The notes below the pieces were generated by a model. It had not been told where the DNA came from. It saw only the letters and a program-made list of their open reading frames with translations, and did no database searches. DNA of 60,487 nt, the filler included. It is 6 parts of 6 records of this genome, joined end to end, with 100 filler letters (N's around TTAATTAATTAA, not from the genome) between each part and the next. Parts side by side here need not be neighbours in the genome. Positions count along the whole stretch, not along the records: positions 30,192 to 36,479 come from DRR723986_26568; positions 36,580 to 42,540 come from DRR723986_26590; 4 more parts are not named here. One strand, 5' to 3'. The position numbers were made by a program, and so were the translations under genes. Shown piece after piece: positions 30,988-41,418 of the stretch (positions are counted from its first letter, which is position 1; the number at the start of each line of letters is the position of its first letter).

Positions 30988-32268
30988 CTATAACCCGGGT
31001 TGGAGAAGCATCTTTCGCTCCTCTCTGCGGGCATGTCGGGAGAAAAGCAGCAGGCTGACACTCAGTAACACGAAGAGAATCATGAACACCGCCGTACGCA
31101 CGCCCAGCCACAGGTTCAAGCCACCAAACGCAACTGGCAGGACAAACGCAACGGCACAGGCGCTGACCAGCAATACACCGGCAAACAGGGACGCTTCCTG
31201 TCGGTTGGCCAGAATCACCATACGCTGAAGGGATCCCATGGCGGTACCCATGGCCACCCCCAGAATCACGACCAGCGCGCTTTCAAGAACAACCGGCAGA
31301 GCAAACTCCACAACCAGTTCCTCTTCCACACCGGTAATGAACAAAGTCATGGGGGGATAGGACAGCACCACGAGTGCCATCAGACAACCCGCCAGTGCCC
31401 GCGTCGCAACCCGGGCGGAACCGAAATGATCGGACAAGCCTCCACCGGCCACCTGGGCCACCGCACCGGGAATGACAAACCATTGCGCCAGGCGGGCCCC
31501 GGAATCCAGCGTAAGACCATACTGGCCTGAGAGGAAATCCGGAAGCCACAACGCCAGCGCAAAGAAACTGCCGGCAACCACACCGAAATACAAACACAGG
31601 GGTAGATTCCGACCCTGCCGGATCACCCCGAGAATTTCTCTGGCTGATCGTTCACGGCTTTCGTCTTCTTCAACCGTGGCGTCGGTCAGCATAATCAACA
31701 GCGCGATCACCAGAAGCAGGGTAATGAGGTAGGCCAGAGGTACGCCCTGCCAGGAGAACGCCTCATGGAACAGCGGCACCAGATAATAGTTGAAACCCGC
31801 TCCGGTTACCCCGGAGCCAAAAACCCCGAGCACGAGACCCAGCCGCCTGGGCTGGCAATGACTGACCACAAACTGCAGACCGGCGCCGTAGAAACCGCCC
31901 GCCAGCCCCAGCCCGGCGGCGGCAATAAGGTAGCCAATGTAGGTGTTTGTCAGCAGCAGTATCCCCATGCACACAGCAAGACCGCACAGACACAACAGCA
32001 TGACTTCACGGGCACCATATCGCTGCGCCGCAAGCCCGGCCGGAATCGCAAGTATGGCGCTGACCGCCATGGGCATGGCCAGAAGAATCCCAAACTGCAA
32101 ACTGCTCAGACCCAGGTCGGCTCGGAGATGCACGCCGGCAACCGCAAACAGTGTCCAGCAACCGGCAGCCACCACAAAGCCGGTCAGCGCCAACGGCAAC
32201 ACTACTGCCAGAGATGCTAACCTCTCTTCATCCCGTTCCGATTGCATTACACGCTCCCTGAATCCCAT
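30988..32268 (-). CDS. NarK/NNP-family MFS transporter homolog with substituted substrate-binding residues
   Basis: 12-TM MFS; GLAGGFY...GVFGSG nitrate-signature-like motif, FALALWLP, LSYPP; lies between narG and narX. Confidence 0.8.
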   Translation of the reverse strand: MGFRERVMQSERDEERLASLAVVLPLALTGFVVAAGCWTLFAVAGVHLRADLGLSSLQFGILLAMPMAVSAILAIPAGLAAQRYGAREVMLLCLCGLAVCMGILLLTNTYIGYLIAAAGLGLAGGFYGAGLQFVVSHCQPRRLGLVLGVFGSGVTGAGFNYYLVPLFHEAFSWQGVPLAYLITLLLVIALLIMLTDATVEEDESRERSAREILGVIRQGRNLPLCLYFGVVAGSFFALALWLPDFLSGQYGLTLDSGARLAQWFVIPGAVAQVAGGGLSDHFGSARVATRALAGCLMALVVLSYPPMTLFITGVEEELVVEFALPVVLESALVVILGVAMGTAMGSLQRMVILANRQEASLFAGVLLVSACAVAFVLPVAFGGLNLWLGVRTAVFMILFVLLSVSLLLFSRHARREERKMLLQPGL

Positions 32269-32340
32269 TCTTTAGTCTCGACTTTTGCCTGAACACGGGT
32301 CAAAGGCTATGATGGGTTATAAACCATTGGGGTAATTGAC

Positions 32341-32356
32341 TATCCTCAAGGAGGTA
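32341..32356. promoter_or_regulatory. NarL 7-2-7 site in the divergent narK-like/narX region
   Basis: TATCCTC-AA-GGAGGTA; a weak FNR-like TGAAC-N4-GTCAA lies at 32290-32303. Confidence 0.55.
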
Positions 32357-32429
32357 TCACGACGGCGCGTTTTCCACGATAATTTTGCTGCCTGTCACTA
32401 TCCACATCCCTTGAGCCTTGAAGCTATCC

Positions 32430-34286
32430 ATGACCTCCAGAAGCCCGCTAGTAAATCGACTGGCTGTTGTTATCGGCGCCATCGTGCTGACGGCCATTGT
32501 CAGCATGGCCACCACTCTGGCTGTGTCCAACAGCATTGAGGGCAATGCCACTGCTATCAACCTTGCCGGTTCACTGCGTATGGGAGCATTCCAACTGGCG
32601 GCAAGATCGGCCTCTGAAGATCCCGTAGAAAACACTGACACCCTTGATCAACGCATTGAGGAGTACGAGGACAGGCTCAGGGATCCCGCCATCATCCGTT
32701 CCATTCCCCGCACCGATGATCATCCCCTCGTCGAACAATATAAAACCGTGGAATACGGCTGGGCCAATCAGCTCAGGCCGTCACTGGAGAGCCACCAGAC
32801 TGGCGCCCCTCTATCCGCCGAAATGATCACGACAGTGGAGAGCTACACGGTAGAAGTGGATCGCTTGGTCTCCATGCTGGAACAACGCACCGAGGCCAGA
32901 ATCGACCTGCTGCACCTTATCCAGATCATCAGCATGGTGTTCTCGGTATTGATTGTTCTCGCCCTGTTTCTGGACCTCAAAAACCGCATTCTCCGGCCGC
33001 TGCGGAAACTGGTGGGCATTGCCACCGCCGTGGGCGAACAGGATTTCAGCCACAAAGCCGATCTCAAAGGCTCCGATGAGCTGGCACAACTGGGCCAGGC
33101 CTTTGACCAGATGACCAGTGAACTGGCGCTGACCTACTACGAGCTTGAAAGCCGGGCCAGGCAGAAAACCGAGGAACTTGAAATCAGCCATGCGGCTCTG
33201 CAGGTAATGCACTCCGCCAGCCGAGGGCTGTTCGCCAATCATGATCTGTGCAGTGGCGCCATCCCGATGCTGCAGGATCTGGAGCAGTTGCTGGGCATCG
33301 GTCCTATCCGCCTGTTCCTGCATGACAAGGAATCGGCAGAACCGGTGGAGGCCATTACCACTGCCACACCCAAACGCCCCTTCTATTGCCGGGATCACCA
33401 TTGCAATGCCTGTCTGGTAACCCCCGAGGTCTATGATGAGATGCCGCTGGAAAATAATGATGGCCGGCGGCTGTTGCTGCCAATCCGAACTCCCGGGCAG
33501 TTGCTGGGCACACTGGAGGTCTGGTATCCGGCTGAAAAAGGATTACCGGAGACCTCGCGCCGCCTGCTGGAGACCCTGACCGACCAGTTGGCAACTGCCA
33601 TTTTCCTGGAAAAACAGATCACCGAAGAACAACAGCTGACGCTGGCAGAAGAACGCACGGTGATTGCCCGGGAGCTACACGATTCCCTGGCACAATCGCT
33701 CTCGTACCTGAAAATGCAGGTGACCCGTCTGCGCCGGCTGAACATTGATGGCGAGCAGAAGCCCATCCACGATGACATCCTGGATGAACTGAGCACTGGC
33801 CTGAACAGCGCCTACCGCCAGCTGCGGGAACTGCTGGCCACCTTCCGGCTGAAACTGGATACGCCTGATCTGGCGACTGCCCTGCGTAAAACCATCGACG
33901 AATTCTCAGAGCGCCTCGGTAAACCGGTAGCGTTTGAATACAACCTGCCGCCCCAGACGCTGTCGCCCAATGAGGAAATCCACACCCTGCAGATCATTCG
34001 TGAAGGGCTGGCCAATGCCGTCAAACACGCCGATGCCACTGACATAGCTGTAAAAGTAGTGTTCGATTCACCACAAGTGCGGGCCAGCATACAGGACAAT
34101 GGCAGGGGATTACCGGGTGGCGACCAGCCCGTGAACCACTATGGCCTGATTATCATGCAGGACCGTGCCCGCACACTCGGCGGCAAGGTTAATGTGCGAA
34201 ACAGGGATGAAGGCGGCGTGGAAGTCGCGCTAACATTCGTACCCAAGAGCCGCAATCTGATTCCAACGGAAACTACGCCGGCCTGA
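32430..34286 (+). CDS. narX: Nitrate/nitrite sensor histidine kinase NarX/NarQ
   Basis: P-box [14 protein letters not shown], Cys cluster [35 protein letters not shown]. Confidence 0.93.
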   Translation: MTSRSPLVNRLAVVIGAIVLTAIVSMATTLAVSNSIEGNATAINLAGSLRMGAFQLAARSASEDPVENTDTLDQRIEEYEDRLRDPAIIRSIPRTDDHPLVEQYKTVEYGWANQLRPSLESHQTGAPLSAEMITTVESYTVEVDRLVSMLEQRTEARIDLLHLIQIISMVFSVLIVLALFLDLKNRILRPLRKLVGIATAVGEQDFSHKADLKGSDELAQLGQAFDQMTSELALTYYELESRARQKTEELEISHAALQVMHSASRGLFANHDLCSGAIPMLQDLEQLLGIGPIRLFLHDKESAEPVEAITTATPKRPFYCRDHHCNACLVTPEVYDEMPLENNDGRRLLLPIRTPGQLLGTLEVWYPAEKGLPETSRRLLETLTDQLATAIFLEKQITEEQQLTLAEERTVIARELHDSLAQSLSYLKMQVTRLRRLNIDGEQKPIHDDILDELSTGLNSAYRQLRELLATFRLKLDTPDLATALRKTIDEFSERLGKPVAFEYNLPPQTLSPNEEIHTLQIIREGLANAVKHADATDIAVKVVFDSPQVRASIQDNGRGLPGGDQPVNHYGLIIMQDRARTLGGKVNVRNRDEGGVEVALTFVPKSRNLIPTETTPA

Positions 34287-34314
34287 GCCGAGCGCAGGAC
34301 AAAAGAGAGAAACA

Positions 34315-34974
34315 ATGTCTGAGACACCCGCAAGCATTCTGTTGATCGACGACCACCCGCTGCTGCGCCAGGGCATCAAACAGCTGATCGGCATGGAAGA
34401 CGACATGGAAGTGATCGGCGAAGCCAGCAATGCCGCCGATGGCATCCGTCTGGCCACCGAGCTGGAGCCGGACCTGATCCTGATGGACCTGAACATGCCG
34501 GAAATGGACGGCATCGAAGCCCTGAGAAAGCTCAGGGAACAGAATGTCAGCTCGCGCATCGTTATGTTTACTGTCTCAGACCAGGAAGACGATGTGGTCG
34601 CGGCATTGCGGGCGGGCGCCGACGGTTACCTGCTCAAGGACATGGAGCCCGAGGACATGATCGCCCAGTTGCACCAGGCGGCGGTGGGCAAGATGGTGAT
34701 CAGTGACCGCCTCACGACCCTGCTGGCTGAAGCCCTGCGTTCCAACAAACCGCAGCAGACCAGCCGTCCCGACTTCGACAGCCTGACGCCGCGGGAGAAA
34801 GATATTCTCCGGCTGATTGCCGAAGGCCTGTCCAACAAGATGATCGGGCGTAAACTCGACATCAGTGACGGCACTGTCAAGGTCCACGTCAAGCACCTGC
34901 TGAAAAAGCTGAACCTGCGCTCGCGGGTGGAAGTCGCCGTCTGGGCGGTCGAGGAAGGCTTGCACAAGGGCTGA
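34315..34974 (+). CDS. narL: Nitrate response regulator NarL
   Basis: [10 protein letters not shown] receiver, MDLNMP, LuxR HTH LTPRE...[13 protein letters not shown]. Confidence 0.95.
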   Translation: MSETPASILLIDDHPLLRQGIKQLIGMEDDMEVIGEASNAADGIRLATELEPDLILMDLNMPEMDGIEALRKLREQNVSSRIVMFTVSDQEDDVVAALRAGADGYLLKDMEPEDMIAQLHQAAVGKMVISDRLTTLLAEALRSNKPQQTSRPDFDSLTPREKDILRLIAEGLSNKMIGRKLDISDGTVKVHVKHLLKKLNLRSRVEVAVWAVEEGLHKG

Positions 34975-34986
34975 CTGTTCATTCCC

Positions 34987-35000
34987 CTGAGTTATATCAA
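34987..35000 (+). promoter_or_regulatory. FNR/Anr-like box upstream of ubiT
   Basis: CTGAG-TTAT-ATCAA. Confidence 0.55.
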
Positions 35001-35064
35001 ATCCGTTTATTGCGGTTTGAGGTAGGCTCTCCCTGTCTGTTTCATGATTTCAGGAGAGCCTGCC

Positions 35065-35610
35065 ATGCTGCCTACCCTGCCCAGTTTCGGCAAATTGCCC
35101 ACACCACCCGGGTTCGCGCAGCTGCAACGCCTGAGCAATCAACTCCAGCACAATCCCCTTGCGAGCCAGACCCTAGCCGTGATCCGGGAGTATGCCCCGT
35201 CACCGGTGCCACTCCTGAACGGCATTGATCAGCGAATGCCCGTCGCCCTGAAACAACTGGCAGCGGAAGCGCCCCTCAACCGGCTTTTCTCGGACGCCAT
35301 TGCAGAAGGTGAATTCGACGATTTCGAGGGACGTCGAATCCGCCTCGAAATCAATGGCGGCCAGCCAGGCATTACCCTCGGTTACTGGGCCGGGCGCCTG
35401 CGGGTGCTGAACGGACCCGGTGAAGCCACCATCCGGGGGTCCGTTGGTGCATTCCGTACATTGGCGGAGCGAAAGCAAGACCCCGATCAGTTGTTCTTCC
35501 AGCGCCGGCTGGTTATCGAGGGGGATACTGAACTGGGGCTGGCCCTGAAAAACCTGCTCGACAGCCTGGACTGGCATCTGCGGCTCAGGGATTTTCTGAA
35601 ACCCTGGTAA
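35065..35610 (+). CDS. ubiT: SCP2-domain anaerobic ubiquinone biosynthesis accessory factor UbiT
   Basis: DPDQLFFQRRLVIEGDTELGLALKNLLD signature; AGGAG RBS before ATG 35065. Confidence 0.85.
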   Translation: MLPTLPSFGKLPTPPGFAQLQRLSNQLQHNPLASQTLAVIREYAPSPVPLLNGIDQRMPVALKQLAAEAPLNRLFSDAIAEGEFDDFEGRRIRLEINGGQPGITLGYWAGRLRVLNGPGEATIRGSVGAFRTLAERKQDPDQLFFQRRLVIEGDTELGLALKNLLDSLDWHLRLRDFLKPW

Positions 35611-36479
35611 GCGCCCATTCCGGGAACGTTCTCCAACGGTTAATCCAGGCAGGGATCAGGGTCGCTTCAATGGGCGGAGACATGGCAAATCCCTGAGCGC
35701 ATTCGCACCCGAGGCTCAACAGAATCTCACCTTGCCTGACAGTTTCCACGCCCTCCGCAACCACCTGCTTCCCGAAAACCCGCGACAGACCGATCACCCC
35801 CTGAAGAATCGACAGGTTTTCACCGTTATCCTCAATGCCGGATACAAACTCCCGATCGATTTTCAGAGTATCGACAGGAAGGCGCTTGAGATAAGACAAC
35901 GATGAGTAGCCAGTACCAAAGTCATCCAGGGAGAAGGTCACCCCAAGCTCACGGCAATCCGCAATGGTCTGTACGGCTTTGTCCAAATCCCCAAGTGCAG
36001 CGGTTTCCAGGATTTCCAGATCTAGCCTGACAGGGTCAACCCCCGGAAAGGCCGACAGGATTTTGGTCAGATGCCCGGCAAAGTGATCAGACTGAAGATG
36101 GTTGGCAGCAATGTTAACGCTGACATTGACCCTGACGCCCTCTTGCTCCCAGCGCTGTATCTGCAGCAGAGAGTTTCTCAACACCCATTCACCAACCTGA
36201 ATATTCAGCGTGTGATGCTCAATGGCGGGCAGGAAGTAACTCGGAGGGAGCAGCCCTTCCTGCGGATGTTGCCAGCGGATCAGCGCTTCAACGCCCAAAA
36301 CCTCTCCAGTCCGGAGATTAGCCTTGGGTTGAAAATAAAGCCGGAACTCATCCTGGTTGAGCCCCCTGCGGATGTCCTCCAGTAACAACTGACGGGCTCG
36401 ATACTGGCTCCGCTCGCCGGCATCAAGATAAAGCCAGCCACTGCGCATCTCGTGTTTTGCCCGATACAGGGTATTATCC
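35585..36479 (-). CDS. GGDEF-EAL protein, C-terminal part (5' truncated)
   Basis: DNTLYRAK GGDEF tail at the contig edge; FQPK, EALIRW, LDDFGTGYSSL, LKID, AEGVE, QGF. Confidence 0.92.
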
Positions 36480-36579
36480 NNNNNNNNNNNNNNNNNNNNN
36501 NNNNNNNNNNNNNNNNNNNNNNNTTAATTAATTAANNNNNNNNNNNNNNNNNNNNNNNNNNNNNNNNNNNNNNNNNNNN
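36480..36579. other. Artificial contig spacer
   Basis: 100 nt of N with TTAATTAATTAA. Confidence 0.98.
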
Positions 36580-36687
36580 GCGCGTGCAGCCCGCTCTGGC
36601 TAGAATCACACCGGTGGATCTGATCCGGGTCAGGCTTGGCATTGTGCTATCGAAACAAACTGAACCCGAAGACAAAGGTCCAATATC

Positions 36688-36951
36688 ATGGCAAATTCGC
36701 CTCAGGCAAAAAAACGCGCCCGTCAGAACGAAGCCCGTTTTGCTGTAAACAAAGCCCGTCGTTCGCGCATCCGCACCTTCCTGCGTAAAGTAGAAGAAGC
36801 CATCGAATCTGGCGACAAAGAAGCAGCAACCGCAGCTCTGCGTGCCGCTCAGCCCGAATTGATGCGCGGCGTCACCAAAGGCGTTTACCACAAAAACACC
36901 GCATCACGGAAAGTGTCGCGTTTGTCCTCACGGGTTAAATCCTTGGGCTAA
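36688..36951 (+). CDS. rpsT: 30S ribosomal protein S20
   Basis: [13 protein letters not shown]...[16 protein letters not shown]. Confidence 0.98.
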   Translation: MANSPQAKKRARQNEARFAVNKARRSRIRTFLRKVEEAIESGDKEAATAALRAAQPELMRGVTKGVYHKNTASRKVSRLSSRVKSLG

Positions 36952-36989
36952 AGCGACTCACCTGAGTCGGTTTTGACTTAGCTGAATCC

Positions 36990-37019
36990 AAGGCGCTGCG
37001 TCATGCAGCGCCTTTTTTT
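36990..37019 (+). terminator. Rho-independent terminator after rpsT
   Basis: AAGGCGCTGC-GTCAT-GCAGCGCCTT followed by T tract. Confidence 0.9.
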
Positions 37020-37511
37020 GTGTCTGTTGCACGGAATCCGCGCTGCCTGCGGGGCAAGAGATTCTTTCTGGCCAATCATTGAGTCAACCGCAGAGTTTGA
37101 TTGCCGGTTCGCCCACAGACTTGCTACCACTGTTCCAGCGATTCACTCGCTTGGGGGGACGGGCTGCTTTTAAGGTCACTCTGATGGGCATCAGATAGAC
37201 AAAAAGCGATTGTCGATAAATCGGGACTGCCCCGATGTGATCGACCTGCTGTACGGTTAGGGAAACCTAATCCATGGCCCTGTCGGAAAATGAGTGTGTA
37301 ATAGGTACGATGTTTGTGTTGGCTGTCGGGGATGAGAGCCTAACACGGCGCGTTTGACCTATTTTGATGTCTTTTGAGGCATCAGGCGACGACTAGAATA
37401 GTCGGCGAACACACCTCCTTTGTGCGTGAATCCTGCCGGTGAAGGTCCGGCAAACTGGATGGGTAATAAGGCCAAAAATGGCCAAGAGAAGATGGGATGC
37501 GTGAGGCACCG

Positions 37512-38909
37512 ATGACACAAGAAAAATGGGGACAGCTCAGAGAGCGGCTGCTAAAAACCGTCGGCCAAAACAACTACACAACGTGGATTGAGCCGCTGGA
37601 ATTTGAAGAACTGCAAGACGGGGTTGCAGTGTTTACAGTTCCGACCAATTTTATGGGGAACTACGTCAGCCAGAACTTTGCTGATTTGATCCTGTACGAA
37701 CTGAATACCTCGGGTGAGACGGTCCAGCGGCTGGCCTTTCGGGTTGCTGCTAATTCAACCGCACGTCCTGCGGCGGCCAATACCACAGCACAACCCGTGA
37801 CCGCACCAACGGCACCCAGCCTGAGCAGCAGGGCCGCCGTATCCGCGTCACAGGACCAGATGGAATCACTGCAAGCCGCCCCGCTAGATGCGCGCTTCAC
37901 GTTTGACCGCTTTGTCGTTGGCAAACCAAACGAGCTGGCACATGCCGCCGCGCGTCGCGTTGCCGAAGGGGGTCCCGTCACCTTCAATCCGCTGGTTCTG
38001 TACGGTGGGGTTGGACTTGGTAAAACGCACCTGATGCATGCCATCGCGTGGGAGCTGAAAACCCAGAAGCCTGAGTTGAACGTGCTCTATCTGTCTGCCG
38101 AGCAATTCATGTATCGCTTTGTTCAAGCCCTGCGTGAACGTCGGATGATGGATTTCAAACACCTGTTCCGGTCGGTTGATGTTTTGATGGTCGATGACGT
38201 TCAGTTCATCGCAGGCAAAGACTCAACTCAGGAGGAGTTTTTCCACACATTCAATGCCTTGGTTGATCAGAACAAGCAGATCATCATCTCGGCTGACCGC
38301 GCCCCCGGCGAGATCAAAGATCTGGAAGATCGCGTAAAGTCCCGCCTTCAGTGTGGCTTGGTCGTCGATCTGCATCCGACCGACTACGAATTGCGCCTTG
38401 GCATCCTGCAAAACAAAGTTCAGCAGCACAGCGCCACCTATCCGGGCTTGGAAATTGCCGACGGCGTTCTGGAGTTTCTGGCCCACCGCATCTCGACCAA
38501 CGTGCGTGTTCTTGAAGGGGCACTGACCCGCTTATTCGCGTTTGCCTCTTTGGTTGGCCGTGAAATCGATATGGACCTGACCCAGGATTGTCTGGCCGAT
38601 GTTCTCCGCGCCTCTGAACGCAAGATCACTGTGGAAGAGATCCAGCGCAAAGTATCGGATTATTACAACATCCGCCTCAGCGACATTATTGGCCCCAAGC
38701 GGTTGCGCTCGTACGCGCGTCCACGTCAGGTCGCGATGTACCTGTGCAAGCAATTGACCAGCCGTTCGCTGCCGGAAATCGGGCGGCGGTTTGGTGGCCG
38801 CGATCACACCACCATCATGCATGGTGTACGTCGTATCGAAGAGTTGAAATCGACCGACGGCCAGATCGCCGAAGACGTCGAAATGCTGCGCCGCGCGCTC
38901 GAAGCTTAA
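37512..38909 (+). CDS. dnaA: Chromosomal replication initiator DnaA (start revised to ATG 37512)
   Basis: YGGVGLGKTHL Walker A, DDVQF, QEEFFHTFN, RVLEGAL, GGRDHTT; GAGG RBS. Confidence 0.98.
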   Translation: MTQEKWGQLRERLLKTVGQNNYTTWIEPLEFEELQDGVAVFTVPTNFMGNYVSQNFADLILYELNTSGETVQRLAFRVAANSTARPAAANTTAQPVTAPTAPSLSSRAAVSASQDQMESLQAAPLDARFTFDRFVVGKPNELAHAAARRVAEGGPVTFNPLVLYGGVGLGKTHLMHAIAWELKTQKPELNVLYLSAEQFMYRFVQALRERRMMDFKHLFRSVDVLMVDDVQFIAGKDSTQEEFFHTFNALVDQNKQIIISADRAPGEIKDLEDRVKSRLQCGLVVDLHPTDYELRLGILQNKVQQHSATYPGLEIADGVLEFLAHRISTNVRVLEGALTRLFAFASLVGREIDMDLTQDCLADVLRASERKITVEEIQRKVSDYYNIRLSDIIGPKRLRSYARPRQVAMYLCKQLTSRSLPEIGRRFGGRDHTTIMHGVRRIEELKSTDGQIAEDVEMLRRALEA

Positions 38910-38931
38910 GACCCATACCCATTTTCTATTT

Positions 38932-38962
38932 GGCCCTGAACCTCGGTTCGGGGCCTTTTTTT
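38932..38962 (+). terminator. Rho-independent terminator after dnaA
   Basis: GGCCCTGAACC-TC-GGTTCGGGGCC followed by T7. Confidence 0.85.
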
Positions 38963-39144
38963 GTTCGTAACATGTGTGCACATTTCCACGATTCACCACC
39001 AACTGTGCTATTCGTGACACGCCCCCCTTGACGCCCTTGATTTTCCAACCGACAAATCCATGAAAAACCTTGTGTTGCAGGGGCAAACAGTTACGTTGCC
39101 TGTCCCGGCTTCCAGTAATGGTCCAAGTCAAAGGATATTAGGGT

Positions 39145-40263
39145 ATGAAAATCAGCATCGAACGCGGCACGCTACTTAAGGCCGTGTCTCAGGCTCAGTC
39201 GGTTGTCGAACGTCGCAACACCATCCCGATCCTGGCAAACGTGCTGATCGAGGCCGAAGGCGAAAGCGTTCAGTTCCGCGCCACCGATTTGGACATCGAA
39301 GTCGTCGACAAAGCCTTGGCACAGGTGGAACGCGCGGGCGCAACCACCGTCGCAGCGACCACACTGCATGAAATCGTGCGCAAGCTGCCTGATGGGGCCT
39401 TGGTCACACTCACCGCAGATGCCGCAGCCGGTCGTTTGACCGTCGAAGCAGGTCGGTCGAATTTCTCACTGGCTACCTTGCCACGCGAAGATTTCCCGGT
39501 CATGGCATCGTCGGAATACCAGTCGAATTTCTCGGCCCCTGCTGCGGTCTTGCGCCGATTGTTCGACAAATCAAAATTCGCCATCTCGACAGAAGAGACA
39601 CGGTACTACCTGAACGGCGTTTATATGCACATTGCCGAAGCCGAAGGCGGCAAGGTCCTCCGTTGCGTTGCCACGGACGGCCACCGTCTTGCGCGGATTG
39701 ACGCGGATCTGCCAGCCAACGCGAGTGATATGGCAGGCGTCATCGTCCCCCGTAAAACCGTGGGTGAGCTGCGCAAGTTGCTGGACGACGACGAAATGGA
39801 TATCGCCGTTTCTGTCAGCGAAACCAAAATCCGATTTGCAACACCCGACATCACCCTGACCTCTAAAGTCATTGATGGCACGTTCCCCGATTACACCCGT
39901 GTGATTCCACAAGGCAACACGCGCCGCTTGGAAGTGGACGCAAGCGAGTTTGCCCAAGCGGTAGATCGTGTTGCAACCGTATCCTCGGAACGTTCGCGTG
40001 CCGTTAAACTGCAGTTGGAAGAGGATCGGTTGATCCTGTCGGTCAACGCACCCGACAGCGGTGCCGCCGAAGAAGAGCTCGCGGTAGCCTATGGCGATGA
40101 ATCGCTCGAGATCGGATTTAATGCGAAATACCTGCTGGAAATTGCCAGCCAAGTTGATCGCGAAAACGCTGTATTCATGTTCAACTCTGCCGGTGATCCG
40201 ACCCTGATGCGCGAAGGCAACGATCAAAGCGCCGTCTATGTCGTTATGCCGATGCGGGTTTAA
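39145..40263 (+). CDS. dnaN: DNA polymerase III beta sliding clamp
   Basis: RRNTIPILANV, ETRYYLNG, ATDGHRL, FPDY, VVMPMRV. Confidence 0.98.
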   Translation: MKISIERGTLLKAVSQAQSVVERRNTIPILANVLIEAEGESVQFRATDLDIEVVDKALAQVERAGATTVAATTLHEIVRKLPDGALVTLTADAAAGRLTVEAGRSNFSLATLPREDFPVMASSEYQSNFSAPAAVLRRLFDKSKFAISTEETRYYLNGVYMHIAEAEGGKVLRCVATDGHRLARIDADLPANASDMAGVIVPRKTVGELRKLLDDDEMDIAVSVSETKIRFATPDITLTSKVIDGTFPDYTRVIPQGNTRRLEVDASEFAQAVDRVATVSSERSRAVKLQLEEDRLILSVNAPDSGAAEEELAVAYGDESLEIGFNAKYLLEIASQVDRENAVFMFNSAGDPTLMREGNDQSAVYVVMPMRV

Positions 40264-40320
40264 CCGCCTGAAATCGATAGCTTTGGCGCACTTTCGTGAC
40301 CAGACAAAGGAGGCGGCCTC

Positions 40321-41418
40321 GTGTTGGCTCTGACGGCGCTGACTCTTTCTCATTTTCGTTCGCACAAACTGGCGCGGCTCTCTTTGGATGGCCGCCCTGT
40401 TGCGATTCATGGCGCGAACGGGTCAGGCAAAACAAACATCCTCGAAGCGGTGTCGTTGTTTTCCCCGGGACGGGGAATGCGCCGTGCCAGCGCCGCCGAT
40501 ATGGCCCGCCGTCCCGAGGCTTTGGGTTGGAAACTGTCCGGGTTGCTCACGGTTCTGGGACAAACCCACGAAATCGAAACATGGTCTGACCAAGGCACAG
40601 CACGGCAGGTCAAAATCAACGATAAATCCGCCAACCAGATCGCTCTGGGGCGTTTGGCCCGGGTGGTTTGGCTGATTCCCTCGATGGATCGGCTCTGGGT
40701 TGAAGGGGCCGAAGGACGGCGGCGGTTCTTGGACCGCATGGCCCTCAGCTTTGACCCTTCCCATGCCGAAGCATCTCTGACCTACGAAAAGGCGATGCGC
40801 GAACGCAATCGCTTGCTCAAAGAGCAGATACGCGATGCGCATTGGTACACGGCGCTGGAAAACCAGATGGCCACGGCCGGGTCGCTCATTCATCAAGGGC
40901 GCGTCACTGCCCTTGCCCAATTGGAGGCCGCACAATCCAAGGCCGAGACGGCATTCCCATTCGCGGATTTGGAGCTAACCCAAACCGAAGGCGCCATGCC
41001 CGAGACTGAGTCCGATTTTCGGGATGCCTTGGCAGAAAGTCGATTTCGCGATCTGGCTGCGGGACGGACCCTTGTTGGCCCCCACCGCAGTGATATCTAT
41101 GGCGTTTTCGCAGCCAAGGGCGTGCCCGCCAAAGACTGTTCCACCGGCGAACAAAAGGCGCTGCTGGTGTCTCTGATCCTCGCCAATGCCCGCGCCTTGG
41201 CAGAACAAGTCGGTGCACCACCCATCGTGTTGCTGGATGAAGTCGCCGCGCATTTGGATGCTGATCGCCGCGCCGCGCTTTATGATGAAATTTGTGCCCT
41301 TGGCGCACAGGCGTGGATGACCGGAACCGGCCCCGAACTGTTCGCAGAACTTGGGGACCGAGCGCAGGTGCTGCACGTGTCCGAAGATGACGGCATTTCA
41401 CAGGTGACCAACCAATGA
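40321..41418 (+). CDS. recF: DNA replication/repair protein RecF
   Basis: GANGSGKTNILEA, RRRFLD, GPHRSD, STGEQK, LLDEVAAHLD. Confidence 0.97.
   Translation: MLALTALTLSHFRSHKLARLSLDGRPVAIHGANGSGKTNILEAVSLFSPGRGMRRASAADMARRPEALGWKLSGLLTVLGQTHEIETWSDQGTARQVKINDKSANQIALGRLARVVWLIPSMDRLWVEGAEGRRRFLDRMALSFDPSHAEASLTYEKAMRERNRLLKEQIRDAHWYTALENQMATAGSLIHQGRVTALAQLEAAQSKAETAFPFADLELTQTEGAMPETESDFRDALAESRFRDLAAGRTLVGPHRSDIYGVFAAKGVPAKDCSTGEQKALLVSLILANARALAEQVGAPPIVLLDEVAAHLDADRRAALYDEICALGAQAWMTGTGPELFAELGDRAQVLHVSEDDGISQVTNQ

Noticed and set aside
37020-39144. oriC in the dnaA-flanking intergenic regions
   Set aside because: No cluster of TTATCCACA-like boxes or clear AT-rich unwinding element found by eye
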